Positions 45,010-58,400 of a stretch of 64,000 bases of DNA are shown here, piece after piece. The first letter of the stretch is position 1; each line of letters opens with the position of its first letter. The notes under the pieces were generated by a model. It ran no database searches. It worked only from the letters and a program-made list of their open reading frames with translations, and had not been told where the DNA came from. The position numbers and the translations under genes were made by a program. The DNA is taken from the NCBI GenBank assembly GCA_051362555.1, contig CM120640.1:46354788-46418787 (forward strand), in the 5' to 3' direction. Source of the DNA: Lingula anatina. Its lineage: Eukaryota; Animalia; Brachiopoda.

Positions 45010-45012
<3 letters not shown>

Positions 45013-45080
<68 letters not shown>

Positions 45081-45085
45081 CGTGC

Positions 45086-45120
<35 letters not shown>

Positions 45121-45146
45121 GGAGGGAGAGAGAGAGAGAGAGAGAG
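45013..45146. repeat. Compound microsatellite (TC)n-(TG)n-(GA)n
   Basis: Directly visible in the sequence. Confidence 0.97.
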
Positions 45147-48100
45147 TAAGAGAGGGGAAGTTAATGGGGTCACTTTTTATCAAACAGTCTTTAATTGTTC
45201 AGTGTTATCGACCGGTTGCTTTTTACACCTATACGCATTACCGTCTATTACATGTACTGCAGCATGACAATAATCGCTTTTGCTGAGAAAGCTCATTTGA
45301 CAATTTTCGCACGAATGTCCTCGTTTCTGATTCTTTAATAAAAGAGTTCTTGACATTTCAAGATTTTTCAGACGTAACAGATTTTTTTCATCCAATTTAC
45401 AGTGCTCTTTGCAATCCACAATTGAAGCATTGCGAGATATCATGAATTGTCTTGAAGGCATTTATCCTTGCAAGAGATAACATCCATTAGGGCTAAGTAC
45501 CACAAAACCTATTATTATCCAATATTTGATTAGAATATGATTGTTATCTAAAGGGGCCTTTTCCTTAATTATAGCTGCATGTTTGTACATGCACATGCAC
45601 ATGTACACGCAAAATATTTTCTCCGCAATTTGTATGCATTTTGTACCAGTATTTTCTTTACCTACATTATATTTCCTATATGTATACAAAAAATTTAATG
45701 ATTAATTATGGAATGCGAACGTCGAATTTAGGCATTTTAGCTGTTTTAGTTTGAATTATCTCTATTGCATGTCAAGACTACAGTGTACAAGAAATCCCGT
45801 GCGTGTACCACGTGTTCAATCCATTTCTGACATGGTCATCTTAACATATGGAATAGAATTTTGCATGTCAGTCACAAACGAAAGGCTATAAGCAAAATGT
45901 TTCCTTTATATATATAAATGTGCCTCAATGGATCATACTACGACAGAGTATATTTATAAACTGGCACGTGCACAGGGCTGATAAAAATTAAATGGTCTCG
46001 CGAGATTTGTAATTTCACTCAGGTGTGCTACTGCACATAAGACAAGTGTTTATGCTCTAGCAGCTTTTCTCCACAATAGGCGAATAAATTTTGATTGACG
46101 TTACGATAAATGATTACTTCAACCTTCTGACCTGCCAGGAGCCTAGATATTCATAAAGCCCAATGCCGATAGGCAGGACCAAAGGGATTTCATTTAAAGG
46201 GTCATATAGCTTTTGTACATGTCATATTTTTCTCGAACATATAACGTAGGGGGAGCAACTATTAGCTAAAACGGACCACACTTAAGTTGTTTATTGCTCG
46301 GCGTCTCACCCGAGGGATTCGAAGCCATTTAAACGAAGATTCTTTATAACTTTAAGCTGCAGTCCTAGAGTTAGGTTTAATGGAAATATCGCCATAATAA
46401 CAAATCAATACCCACAAATCAACATCGTTTGGCTGGGGAATTGCTGAATAAAACAATAACTGATTGCAGAGATGTTTCAAATGAAGTTGGGTATGGGCTT
46501 TCTACATACAGCGGGCGGATAGGCCTAAAGAAAAACGCTAAAAGGATGCTAATTATTATCAAATAAAATATCACAATTTACTCTTTCTCGTTATTGTCTC
46601 CGGCACATTCGCGTGTCACTCAAAGCAACACGTAAAATACACAGTCCGGGTCGGCAACATCAAAATTATGCTTTTCCCTGTACCAAAATAACCTCTTAGA
46701 AAATAATGATCGTTAATCCGCGCACTTCCATATCCCTCTCAGACTTTTTTCTGTTTCAATTACGCATGTTTTGACGTCAAAATTCTTTATGAATTTCGAC
46801 ACAACGTGTTAAAAGTATCCTTAAGTGACCTAAAAAAAAAGGTTACATTACATCCTTTAATGAAATCATTAAGCACATTGCGCCTGTCAGGAAGAGGGCT
46901 ATCTTCCAAGAGATTAAAGGAACATTTAATTTGCATATTGCGTATTTAGACAAATGATTTTAACGAACGTCATGTTCCAGTTTTAACACTGATTAAGTTA
47001 AAGCTTTCATAAACCACAAGTAATGCCATGAGGTAGTAACATGTGAACTTCCATAGCATTTTAACTGAGAACTTTTTTGTTATCAAAATCTCAAATTTTA
47101 TACATCTGCTCTCTCCCTGGTATACTGGTGATAGAAGAGGCAAGAAGGAAATAAATTGAAAGGGGTGGGAATATATCTGTTGAGACAGAAGATAAAATGT
47201 GCTTTAAATTAAAATTACCTTCGTACTAGTATCTGGCAAGTCGGGTAATCTGATCCATGCGCTTACACTGAAACCTGTGCTAATGTTCCACAAGCACAGT
47301 GCAAGGAACAACGCGTTACACAATACACAAAACAATTTGTCAATACGCCTGGCTTGTTCAGGGAATTATATCGGATATAATTCCCTGGCTTGTTTGACGT
47401 TCACGGTTGGGAAATTATATTTTTCAACAGTTCTCTCTTTTGCGATCCATACAGTTATCTCCAAAGATTTGTGATTCCTTGTCCAGTAGACCTGCGTCTT
47501 TCAAATATTGCGACCTCTGCCCCTTAAAATGACAGATTTGGCATATCATATATTTTACATTTCATATGTTGCAAGAAAAGCAAAGGTATCAACAACGTTA
47601 TACTTTTTAAATATTCATTTCAAGTTTTAATAAAGCATCAAAATCAAACCATTTGCACGTCAACAATGTGAAATAACGTATCCAGACGAGCATTGATTAG
47701 AATTCAATACCCTATCATTGCCTGAAAACCACTCACTATTCCTCATTCAATATCAATGCATCAAAGTATGTGATAGATCCAAACAAAACGGTTAATTTTT
47801 AGGTTAACATAATTTCAATCAAATTGAAACACAAAACCTTTAACGTATGTCAGAATATTGTCAGTTATGCAATGTACAATACATACCGATATCATCTATA
47901 CGTTTCATCTAACACTGCCATGGTGTTACTAGGCCCTTGGATATCAGTTCACCTAGACATGCAAATGTGTAATTCTCCATGCCTACCTATTCTTTTGTAT
48001 AAAACAATCCTATTTTTCCAAATTAACTAACATTTTACATTGTTTGGTGATTAAAGTTTTGATTTAAACAATTTAACAGCAAAAATCATTTTCAAAAATT

Positions 48101-48919
48101 GAGCACACAAAAGATGAACCATTAGAAATTGTGTATCACTATAAACAGCTGTTTTACAACTACCATTCCTATATTGTGCACCATGTTTTAGAGGCTACCT
48201 AGTCAACATTTAATGCTCTAACTTTACCTGTTATACTTAGAGCATTTAACAAAACATTGAGCAGAAACATGTATACTTACTGAGAATCACAGCAAAGTCA
48301 ACTTTCTAACCGAACTTTATTAGCTCCGTGTAAAAATATACACAATTATTAAAGGTGCTCACATTTGATGTGGTACATAAAATACTTAATTTTCAAAATC
48401 TTTAACAAGACTTGACTTTCTATATAGAGTGTATAAAGAGAAAAAGAGCCAATAAATATCAAATTTAGCTGATGCCTTGTATTTACCAGCAGCTAAAAAT
48501 ATGGCCTCTTATAAAACTTCATATTATATGACCAAATGGACTCACTCAGTTATTTTAGTCTTTCTGCTCACCATCTGTTTTTTTTAAACTCAGGTCCTAA
48601 ATCTCCGTTATCTTCATAATCAAACTGTTTGTTAAAAGTTTCAAGTTCTTATTAATGAGCATTTGGTTCAATGTTTGCATTTGGGTTTTTTTTATCACAA
48701 GTTCATTAATGCACATGTTATAACTCTAAAATACCTACCCATAGCCTTGACAAAACTATTTTAATCAAACTTCATATATTTCAAGCTACTACATAATTCA
48801 AAATTCAATTCAATAAGCATATCTTTGACACTTCCATCTGCCCAATTTAATGACAACAACATGATTTAACTAGCTTAACAGTGAAAAAAAAGTGACCTTG
48901 CATTATGAAGCCACATAGA

Positions 48920-51900
48920 TTAATAGGCAAATCTTTTATTTTGCGGATAGCCAAGTTTATCCAGGTTTGGTTCGCATGCAAATCTTATCATGGGAGGAGG
49001 GCCACACATGAAAATGTAGGTGTCCTCACCAGGGGTTGGCAGGTGCCCCTTAATCATGTCTGCATCTATAAAGCCACTGCTGTAAGCCCATCCTGTAAAT
49101 AATACCAACACTCATTTGAGTACCCTATATGTGTTTCTGATGCCATGTCTTTTACATTTTGACATTTTCAGTTTCACTAAAGTACCTTAGTCATGTACCT
49201 TATTCTTTTTATAGTTCACCAAATGCACTCATTACAAAAAATCTGACTCCCTTAATCAAGTCAAAATTATTTGAATAAGAAAATATATACATATCAATAC
49301 TAAACAGTTTCCACCTTAAATGCATCATTGTGATGTAGTCATTATAAAAACAATATTTTTTTAATGTGCAAATGTGTTCATTTTGATTAGAATTGTGCCC
49401 CATATGTTCCATACCTTCCTCAGGCCTGTCCAGGGTATACCATAGCTTAAAGCGGTCTGGATGTTGCTCAGCAATCTCTTCGAGCTCTGGTCTCAGGAGG
49501 ATGTCTTTCTCAGTCTAATTAATGAAAGAGGAATTTTACCCAAGGCTGTCTAGAGATTGCAAAGCTTTAAGATTTCTAACAGACTACATGTACTATAAGA
49601 GTTGTGACATTAAAGTTGGGAACAAATATGTTAATCAGTGCAATGGCTGTGCCAAGATCCAATTCAATAAATCAATGGCAGAACATTAAATTACATAAAT
49701 AAATATTACAGCAGACTTATGATAAAGAATAAATGGCCAAGATGCATTTATAAGCTGGGGCTTTTTTTTTTTGGGGGGGGGGGGGGTGTGACTATATTCA
49801 ATAGGTCTAATTGTAATGCAGGGTATGCGTTGTTCTTGTGGGGACTACATGTTGCCCTAGTATGTGACTAATTATTTCCCCCAGGCTTCAACAGGTGCAT
49901 GTAACAGCTTACTAAGTGAATGACTATGGCAACTGTAATTTACACAAGTTCAGAACATACATGCAGCACAGAAGGAAAAAAGTCACACAAAATGTTAATT
50001 TGCTGTAGGCCAAGGATTTATGTGATTACAAAAAAATTCATTTCGAGGTATTCTATACATCTTTGAAAATGTCCATAAGCCACATCTTTATTTCTAAATA
50101 TCGTGCAAAAAACTACCATCTCAATGAAAAGGTACAATTTTATTTTTGATGTAAAATAAACATGTGAACATAAAGAACATAAGAAGCAATAAATTATTTT
50201 TTGTCAAAAGCAAAGTATTCTCCCTTTAGCTATAAGACCTCCAACTTAACAAATTAAAATATTTATAATAATTTCAAAGAAAACATAATCATAATGATAC
50301 ATGACTACAAGTATGCTGATAAGCCATTTTTTATATATCTGTCCATATATTCTAAAACTCCAAGGAAAAGCAGCCCCTCCTTCCCCACCATTCAACATCA
50401 TTATCCCTTTCAGTGAATGTGAAAATATATTTAGCCACAGCTACTTTAAAAAGTATACATCTCTCTGTTTGATGCCTTATGACCTAGAACATTGAGAACA
50501 AATAAGCTGGTGGTATATCTCATTATCTGTTCTGAACACTTAAATAACATACTGACATAATATGTCAGAACCAATCCATCAAAGTTACCTGATTTGCAAA
50601 CAGCAACATCAAATTGGTCTTATCCTCAGGATCCTTAAACACTTGACGAACCAACTGAAGCATTGGGGTGATTCCTGTGACAAAATGATGAACATCAATC
50701 CCAAGAGTAACATTTGCAATGTGGTAATGAGTACTGAATACATATGTGTATAAGTTAAATTTTTATCATAATGATACAAAACAGTTGAAAAGTGTGTTTT
50801 GATCCTTTTTTTCATATGAAAGCATTGCTCACCAGTTCCTCCAGCAATCATTCCTACATTCTTTGCCTTCACTTTCTGAGGTGGGGACTTCTTGTCCGGA
50901 CGAATGCTAAACTGACCTGAAAATATGTACTTTTCTTTTCATACCAGTATCTTAAATACTGTGCTTCAGTCTTTTAAGAAGTGTTTTACTTTAAGAGGCA
51001 CAGTTCAGTCTAAATGCAGTTGACGCCCTCAGGTAAAACACAGAGGTAAACTGCACTGTCAGTTTTAGATGTATTATTTCTTATTATCAGATTGTCTCAT
51101 TTCAATCTGCTATGGGTGGGTGTTAAATGTGGTGTGGTGGCCTCGGGGGAGGGGGGGGGGGGGGCTTCAGTATTATCCAGAGGATCCATCATGCAGGGAT
51201 GAAACAGTGGACACAGCCCAAACTTAAGCACACTTTTACAGTTGTATATCAGGTTTTGCTCCTAAAGGGATCATACAACCATTTAAGTAATTTATAATGG
51301 AGCACAGAAATATTCTTAGAGTTAATTGTTGTAAAAAAACAAGCTATGCAGTACCTCGCCCATCATAGACCAGCAATCCATTGGGTCCTCTAACTTCTAT
51401 ATAATCTCCAATAGCCATGTTCTCCAAATACTGGGACATTTTGCCACCATCAGGGAATTTAGGATGAACATCTTTGAAATACACCTGTAACAATTCAATT
51501 AATAAAAAGGTAGTTATTAAAAGAAACAAGGCATACGATTTCAAATTTTACATGTTTTTTACTTAAAAGTACAAAAAGCACATCTTGCTGAATTCATCTA
51601 AGGACAAGTTGTACTTTTTGATTATTTTTTTATGAATAAATGTCACCAAAATAATCTAATTTATCATTTCCTGACAAACCTATTGACATAGTTTTGAATC
51701 TGATTCAAATGATAAGGTGCTTAAATTGATGGTGGATATAGAAAGAAACCATGCATAAACCTTGCTTAGGGGTTATACTGTTTACCAGAGAAAATCTTTT
51801 ATTCATGTATGAGATTTCACGAGAAAATCTTATGCTGGGGATCTTTAAGTAACTGTTTTGTAGTTTCAACCTAAAATGGAACTATTGTAATTCTGCATGT

Positions 51901-54736
51901 GAGCCAAAAAAGAAAAATATGCAATAACTGCAACCAAGAGTCTTTTTTTTTCTGCTGATACAGTTCCAAGTGCTGCACTCATACAAGCCTTTTGAAATCA
52001 AAGATCTTACAAAAAAAGCACAAGATAATAACATTCAAAAACATATTGTTTTATCTTAATACCAAGGGAAAATAATTTACAAAAAAAAAAAAAAAAAAAA
52101 AAATTCTTAAAGGAAGACAAAGTTAACCTCAGATAGGACATAAATCAAAGTGGACAAATAAGTTTTAAACATCTGTACACACCTTGACCACCAGGTCCAT
52201 AAATCCTTTGTCATCATCACTGGACACAGGAGTGTATGGACGGATGACTAATGAACCATCAATACGAGCACTAAGATATATGTGCTGTCCTAAAATATAA
52301 AAGACAGCACTTGAAATCAACTGCATTAATTGTATAACAGATTTCAATAGGTGTAGAGAGCCAAGCTTTATAGTCAGAGTCACTCAACTGGAGCACATAC
52401 ATGTATATAAACCTGTTCCATTGACAGGAAAATTAGAGGCAGAAATTATATTTTACATTTCAGTATCTGTTACTTCATAGGTGAAAGGGACTTGGCTTAG
52501 GATTCTCATTTTCATAAGCATTTTTCTTATAACCATGTAATTCTAATATTCATTGGTGTGTTATTGGGCCTCATTTCAACTGTCACAACAGGTAACTCTC
52601 TTACCTACAGGAAGTCCCAATACATGATCTGGGGAAGGCAAAGCAAACCGAAAGCGTCTCGTATCATGACTTATAATCTGAAATATAGGCAAGCATCATT
52701 TGACAAAGGTAGCAATCTTAATTAATACAATTTATATTCTCAATCTTTGCATATGCAAGTAAGTACACAAAAATGTTACATGCATTAACCTAATGTATAT
52801 CGATGTGTATGAATTATGCCCTGGACAATTATAAATTGAAAACACACATTCATAACTCTTGACCTTCTTTGCAAAGTACATACTTCTTTATCAATAAGTT
52901 TAAGTTTATATTTCACTTCAGGGTTTTCCAATGTTACTGGAGCCTTCTTTTTCTTGTCACTAAAAAGGAAGACTTTGGCTAGAACTGCAGTAACAGCCAC
53001 AACTCCTAGGCCAATAAGGACAGGTATCGTCTGAAATCAAGAACAAATATTTTTCATTTTAAATAAATATGGTTAAATGTATTTTAATGATTATCACACA
53101 CATTGAAAAAAACTAAAAGTAAAAAAAATGCTTCATCATATTTTTCTAAAGAAAAATAAATAAATAAAAAGAAAAAATTGCCCCATCAAAGAATCATTTA
53201 CTTATTAAGGCATTTTGTCAGGTTTAATTTCACTGTAACTCATGACCAACATAATCAATGATTTCTTTAGCATAACAATATTAGTGAAGCAACCAATAAA
53301 TCATTACAACAAGCAGCATTACCCTCACCAGCACATCAGTACTGGGTGCCATTTTTCAGATGAAACAAATGTGTCTTAGACTTTTTCAGGTTTCTTTCGG
53401 GTATGCCTTATTATGAACACTGTGAATTCCTCGCCTAGAAATAATAACACATACAGGATATTACATATGTACGAAGGAACTTCTCAGAAAGAGGCATGTA
53501 TCTCTTCATTAATAAGTTCATGCGGTATTGTCCCCCCCCCCCCAAACTCTCACATGATATGGAGTTTGAGATTACATGGGTCAGGTTACTTGCCATACTA
53601 GTGGCTCCACTGGATGCACAATTATATGCACTAGTTTGTTTCTGAGTGGAAAACAACACCATGCCATGATTTTATACATTCAGAAATATATCATGACAGC
53701 CACTGTTGAGTATATGATTTCATAACTGGTAGGTGAATATTAACTGAATGGTATTGATCGTGTTGTATCAATGGCAGAATCTGATGGCTTTTCAATTATG
53801 TGTGAATTGAGAAGTAAAAAAAACTGTAAGCTCCAAAGCTTGTTTTGCTAGCTGAACATGATTTCAAAGTTTTTTTAGCTTCTATCTTTCAAGCATAAGC
53901 TCTTCTTGCATAGATACCTCAAAACATAAATAAAAGACATTTTAGCTACAGTTTAAAACAAACTGTGAAGTATAGCGAGTACACATCCTGCCTGCTTTCA
54001 AACCGGCGTCACGTGTACGGTCTGTTCTGCGTGAACCATCCGTCCTGACGGATTGTACAAGCAGCAAACGCATGTATGAACCGTTCCATGAATGATCCGT
54101 TGTTATTTAGCCTACCTGTGCATTGATTTGGCTTGTTCGTTTCCCACCTCATTATATATTTACTACAGTGGGGATATTTCTAGGTAAAATTCATGTGTTA
54201 ATACAGAATTTTAATTGATAATTTTGATAGAGAATCAGCGTCTAATTACAGTTCCACGCTTGGATGAACCTACTGTGGATGGGCAGTACACGTACACGTG
54301 GACCGTACACGCCAGAAGTCTCTCAGATTTGTCTGCGCTTTGTGCGCATAAGCAGAACGGATGGTTCACGCGAACGAAGGGTTCATGCCACAATGGAATA
54401 TCTTTTAGAATGGCATGGCACGTAGCCGGTTTGAACGAAGGGTTCATGCCACAATGGAATATCTTTTAGAATGGCATGGCACGTAGCCGGTTTGCACCCT
54501 ACCCTTAGATTTTCCCTGGTTTTGGAAAAGAACAAGAAAGACTGCCTAGTGATAAAGTGTCTGGGCACTAAAGTAAAATTAGTTTTTAATATTTACGCAA
54601 ATAAATATCTGCATCATTTTAGGCAGTGCTACCGGGTGGCTAAATCAGCCATGAACATGATACTTATCACGTCCACACATACGTCGTAGACAAGCGTCGG
54701 CAGTTCGCCTGCGGTAGTATGAAGTGAAAGTTTCAT
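48920..54736 (-). CDS. CYB5R3: NADH-cytochrome b5 reductase (CYB5R3-like), membrane-anchored
   Basis: Hydrophobic anchor [23 protein letters not shown], then [61 protein letters not shown] and MCGPPPMI. Exons 48920-53030 are solid. The first coding exon 54683-54736 ([18 protein letters not shown], phase 0) is tentative, and the paralog number is not certain. Confidence 0.9.
53997..54494. mobile_element. MITE-like element with a duplicated right end
   Basis: ttcaaaccggcgtcacgtg at left versus cacgtagccggtttg at right. Internal inverted blocks gcgtgaaccatccgt / acggatggttcacgc. Exact 61-bp tandem duplication at 54372-54493. Confidence 0.6.
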
Positions 54737-55425
54737 TATGATGAAAAAAATTGCCAGGTATTGACACTTGCTTCTTACAATTAGCCTAACACACAAAGAT
54801 ACTTAGGTTGGGAATGTACAGTAATATCACACTTTTTTCTGATGTGAATAGAAGTAATGCCACATTTTTACCAAAATCTTCCTTAGATCTGTCTTTTCAT
54901 GGGCGCAGCCATATTACAAGTCTCGTTTCCGAGAGGAACTACTATTTATCACTACGCCATTCATCAAAATAAATATGTATCAGAGATGGACCAGTTAAAA
55001 TACCATGAAGAGAACGGTTTAAAGGATGCCTTGCTGGGAAATAACCTTTTCACAATATATATATAGAGAGAAAATTTTTAAAAAAAACTTTAAAAAAATT
55101 TGTTTGAACTCTTTTTTGAACTTATTTTATACAGTGGAAGGATAAGAGTAAAGTGGAACTTCCGCAGCTGTAAAACAAGATAACCAAGCCTCAGGTGCCT
55201 GTCCGCGAACAAATCCCGGCGTTTCCTTAAAGCATTTGTCGGCAAATAATGCAGGGTTAATGATTACCACACAGAATGCCGTTTCCAAACACGGTGTTAG
55301 TTCTCAAAGACTGACTGAATTAAAATCTGTAGATCACCGTCAACGTGAACATATTGCTCCTCTTGCAAGCTGTAATTTGTAAACACTGAAAGAACGACAC
55401 AGTAACCAGAGTAAGTTTTGTGACA
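54737..55425. promoter_or_regulatory. Probable bidirectional promoter of CYB5R/MED25
   Basis: About 690 bp between divergent starts, CpG-richer, with a YY1-like aatatggctgcgccc on the minus strand at ~54901-54915. Confidence 0.6.
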
Positions 55426-58400
55426 ATGGTTGCCGGGTTTTCGGGCCAGGATCCTGTCTCTGATGTGGTTTTGGTAGTTGAAGCTACAGCCAACCTTGGA
55501 GCCTACTTCGATGATCTCCTGAAATCGTACGTTCTGCCCACTCTCGAGTAAGTGTTTCTGCAGCATGTGTTACAAATGCTCTCCAGACTTAATGGTGGTA
55601 AATAGTGAAATAAACAAAAAGTGCAAGCTTTTAAGTTTTATTAAAATTTTATTTACATTTTATTAAACATTAAAAAACGTGTTTTCATATATTGGAGGAA
55701 TTGATCCTTGACTTATATTCACTTTGTTAAGTGAAATGTATTATTTCTTTTGTGATATTATTTTTGAATGAATCTGAGCCACACAATAGATGGTTTGTGC
55801 ATCATGTTTCACTATCTCATTAACCACAAGATTATTAATTCCTTAGATAACTTAAACTACTTACCCTATTATTTAGGATTAAAGAAATGTTAAATAATTG
55901 ATCTTGTCCACAAAAACACAGACTTGATAATGCTGATGGAAACATAATCTTCATTAATGGAGTTAATGACTCCTTGCCAAATATGTGCAAATATTTTGTG
56001 AAGGCCTAGACTCAAACACAATGAATATTGGTTTTTCCTGGTGTTGTGTTCTAAGTGTATGAAATAAAAAAAAATAAGTTGTACAGACACCTGTTTGTTC
56101 AAAGATTACTTGGAAGTTGTTTTGTCAGGTTAATCATCTCATTTGCAGCTAAGGCTTCATGTTTATCAACTTGGTTGTAAAAAAAAATTAAACTGTTCAA
56201 ATGAGAAAGAAACATTACTGTTATATGGCCTCACAATCAAGTCTTGCTCATTACAGTGGTTTTGATATTGATAAAAGGTCATGGTAATTGCTTACTAATT
56301 GACAAAATCAATTTTCTGTATTCTATAGTTTGACAAAACTGTATTACATGATAGATATGTTGTTGAAAAGGGAAAAATAAGACAAAAAACGCAAGACAAA
56401 AGACAACCTTCCCAACATGACTGGTTATTGTCAGTTGCCTGCTAGTCATTGAATTAAAAAGTCATCTTTACTTATTCAAATCAACTTTGGGTTGATATCA
56501 CTGTTGTAAAGAATACTGACACTAGTATTTAGTAAAGGAAAAGCCTATAGTATGTTATTCACAATCAAAGAATAATGAGCTTAGCACACATGTAATGATA
56601 TGTCATAGGGATTCAGCAATTTGTGTTGTATTGTATTGTATGATTATTTCAATTTAGATGTTCTTCCTTCTTCTCATTATTGGTATTTATAAAAGACAAA
56701 CAACGGATGTGCAAGAAGCAGTGAAACTGTCCGTAATTGAGTGTGATCTAAATTACATGTAATCTGAGCATCGAGTTTGTTGTTGAAATACTTGACTTAA
56801 TTTTTGGGAAATAAGAGAAGGCAATTGAAAATAAGTCTTTTGAAAATAAGATTTTTTTTATGTATAGTACAGGTAAAGCCTGCAATATTTTTCTCTTCCA
56901 CAATGGGAGAAAAGATCAATTATGCCCATTATGCTTAAAGTGGATTAATGAAACTTATTTGTGTTTTTAATTTCAGACACTTTGATGGTGGCCCACCTTC
57001 AGAAATTGATTATGGCTTTGATGTGAGTGTACTTAGATATTGTCAATAATTATAATTCCTTGTTTGCTATAAAAGGCAGTTGTACTTAAATATGTTTTCA
57101 TTTATTAGATTCAAATCAGTGCTGCAAATTATGCAATAGTAATACATAATGTTGCATCAAAGTGTATGGTTGGTATTCATTTTCACATTAAGAATGATAA
57201 AAGCCCATTAAGAGTGACATGACCTGAAAATAAAAATTGAATGTAAATGTAGTCAGTGGTTTACTTCAGGCTGAGAGACTGGGTATATTCTTCATACATA
57301 TGGATGTTTTTCACCAGAGCTAGAATCCAACAACTCTTGTTCATTGGGTCTTAGCTAGTGGACCCATGGAATATAATACATTCAGCGTTTATCTAGTCAA
57401 TTTTTCCCCATTACAGCATTTTACAGTATATATTTTTTCTTGTCTTAGATGTTTTACCTTGACAAAAAAAAAAAAAAAATAGTTCATATATACTTGGTTA
57501 ATGCAGTTTAATTCTGTGTCTCCAGTACAACTGTACCCTGTACAGCCTGGTAATGTTTGGTGCGGCAGACTGTGGCCCAGACCCAGCAGCCAGGTGCCGA
57601 GCTCCCACCACCAGCACCAGTGAGCTGCTCTCATGGATTGATGGTGTACAGTAAGTACATGCATGAAATGAGAATGTTTGCTGTTTAACATGTGGTTTAA
57701 GTTTGAAATCCGTGGTGATGTAAAGCATTTGTTTTCAGGGATACTTGTGAATTATAAGCAGACTCATTTAGTTGAGGAAAGTGTGTGGGTAAGAAAAAAG
57801 ATGAACTTTTCTAATATGATCTAAAGTGTGCATACAGTGAGAACAAGGTATTGATCAGGTATCATGAAGTCAACAAATTGACTCTGAATTGAGTAAATTT
57901 TGTTAGTCTTCTTGTTTGAAATATTTGTGCCATGCAATTGTCGTAGTATCAGTAAATACTGTCTATTTGTTTGCTTTGTTTTAGGTTTGTAGGAGGAGGA
58001 GGTGAAGAAAGAAGCTTTGTGGCAGAGGGTTTAAGCACTGCTTTGCAGATATTTGACGATTACAACAAAGTTCGTGATCAGAAGTAAGTGTGTGGACCCA
58101 GAATTTGGCACGTAGGTTTGTGGTACATGTATTCAATATCAAAGAAAATCTTTTGATTCATCCATTCTTTTAGCTAAGATGAAATGGAACTAAAATTTAT
58201 TCTACTGTTGGATCTTATGTTTGAAACAGAGGTCACAAGATTTTGGCCTAATCACAAGGTCTTCTTCAGATGAACTGAGATTGAGTTGACACCAAGTCAT
58301 GGTGACAATCTGCAGTGATAATATTGAATGGTTTTAATACATTTCTTTGTGGCTTGTGTAAGTGATTTTTGATGTAACCCTAACCCTGCTAAATGTGTAA

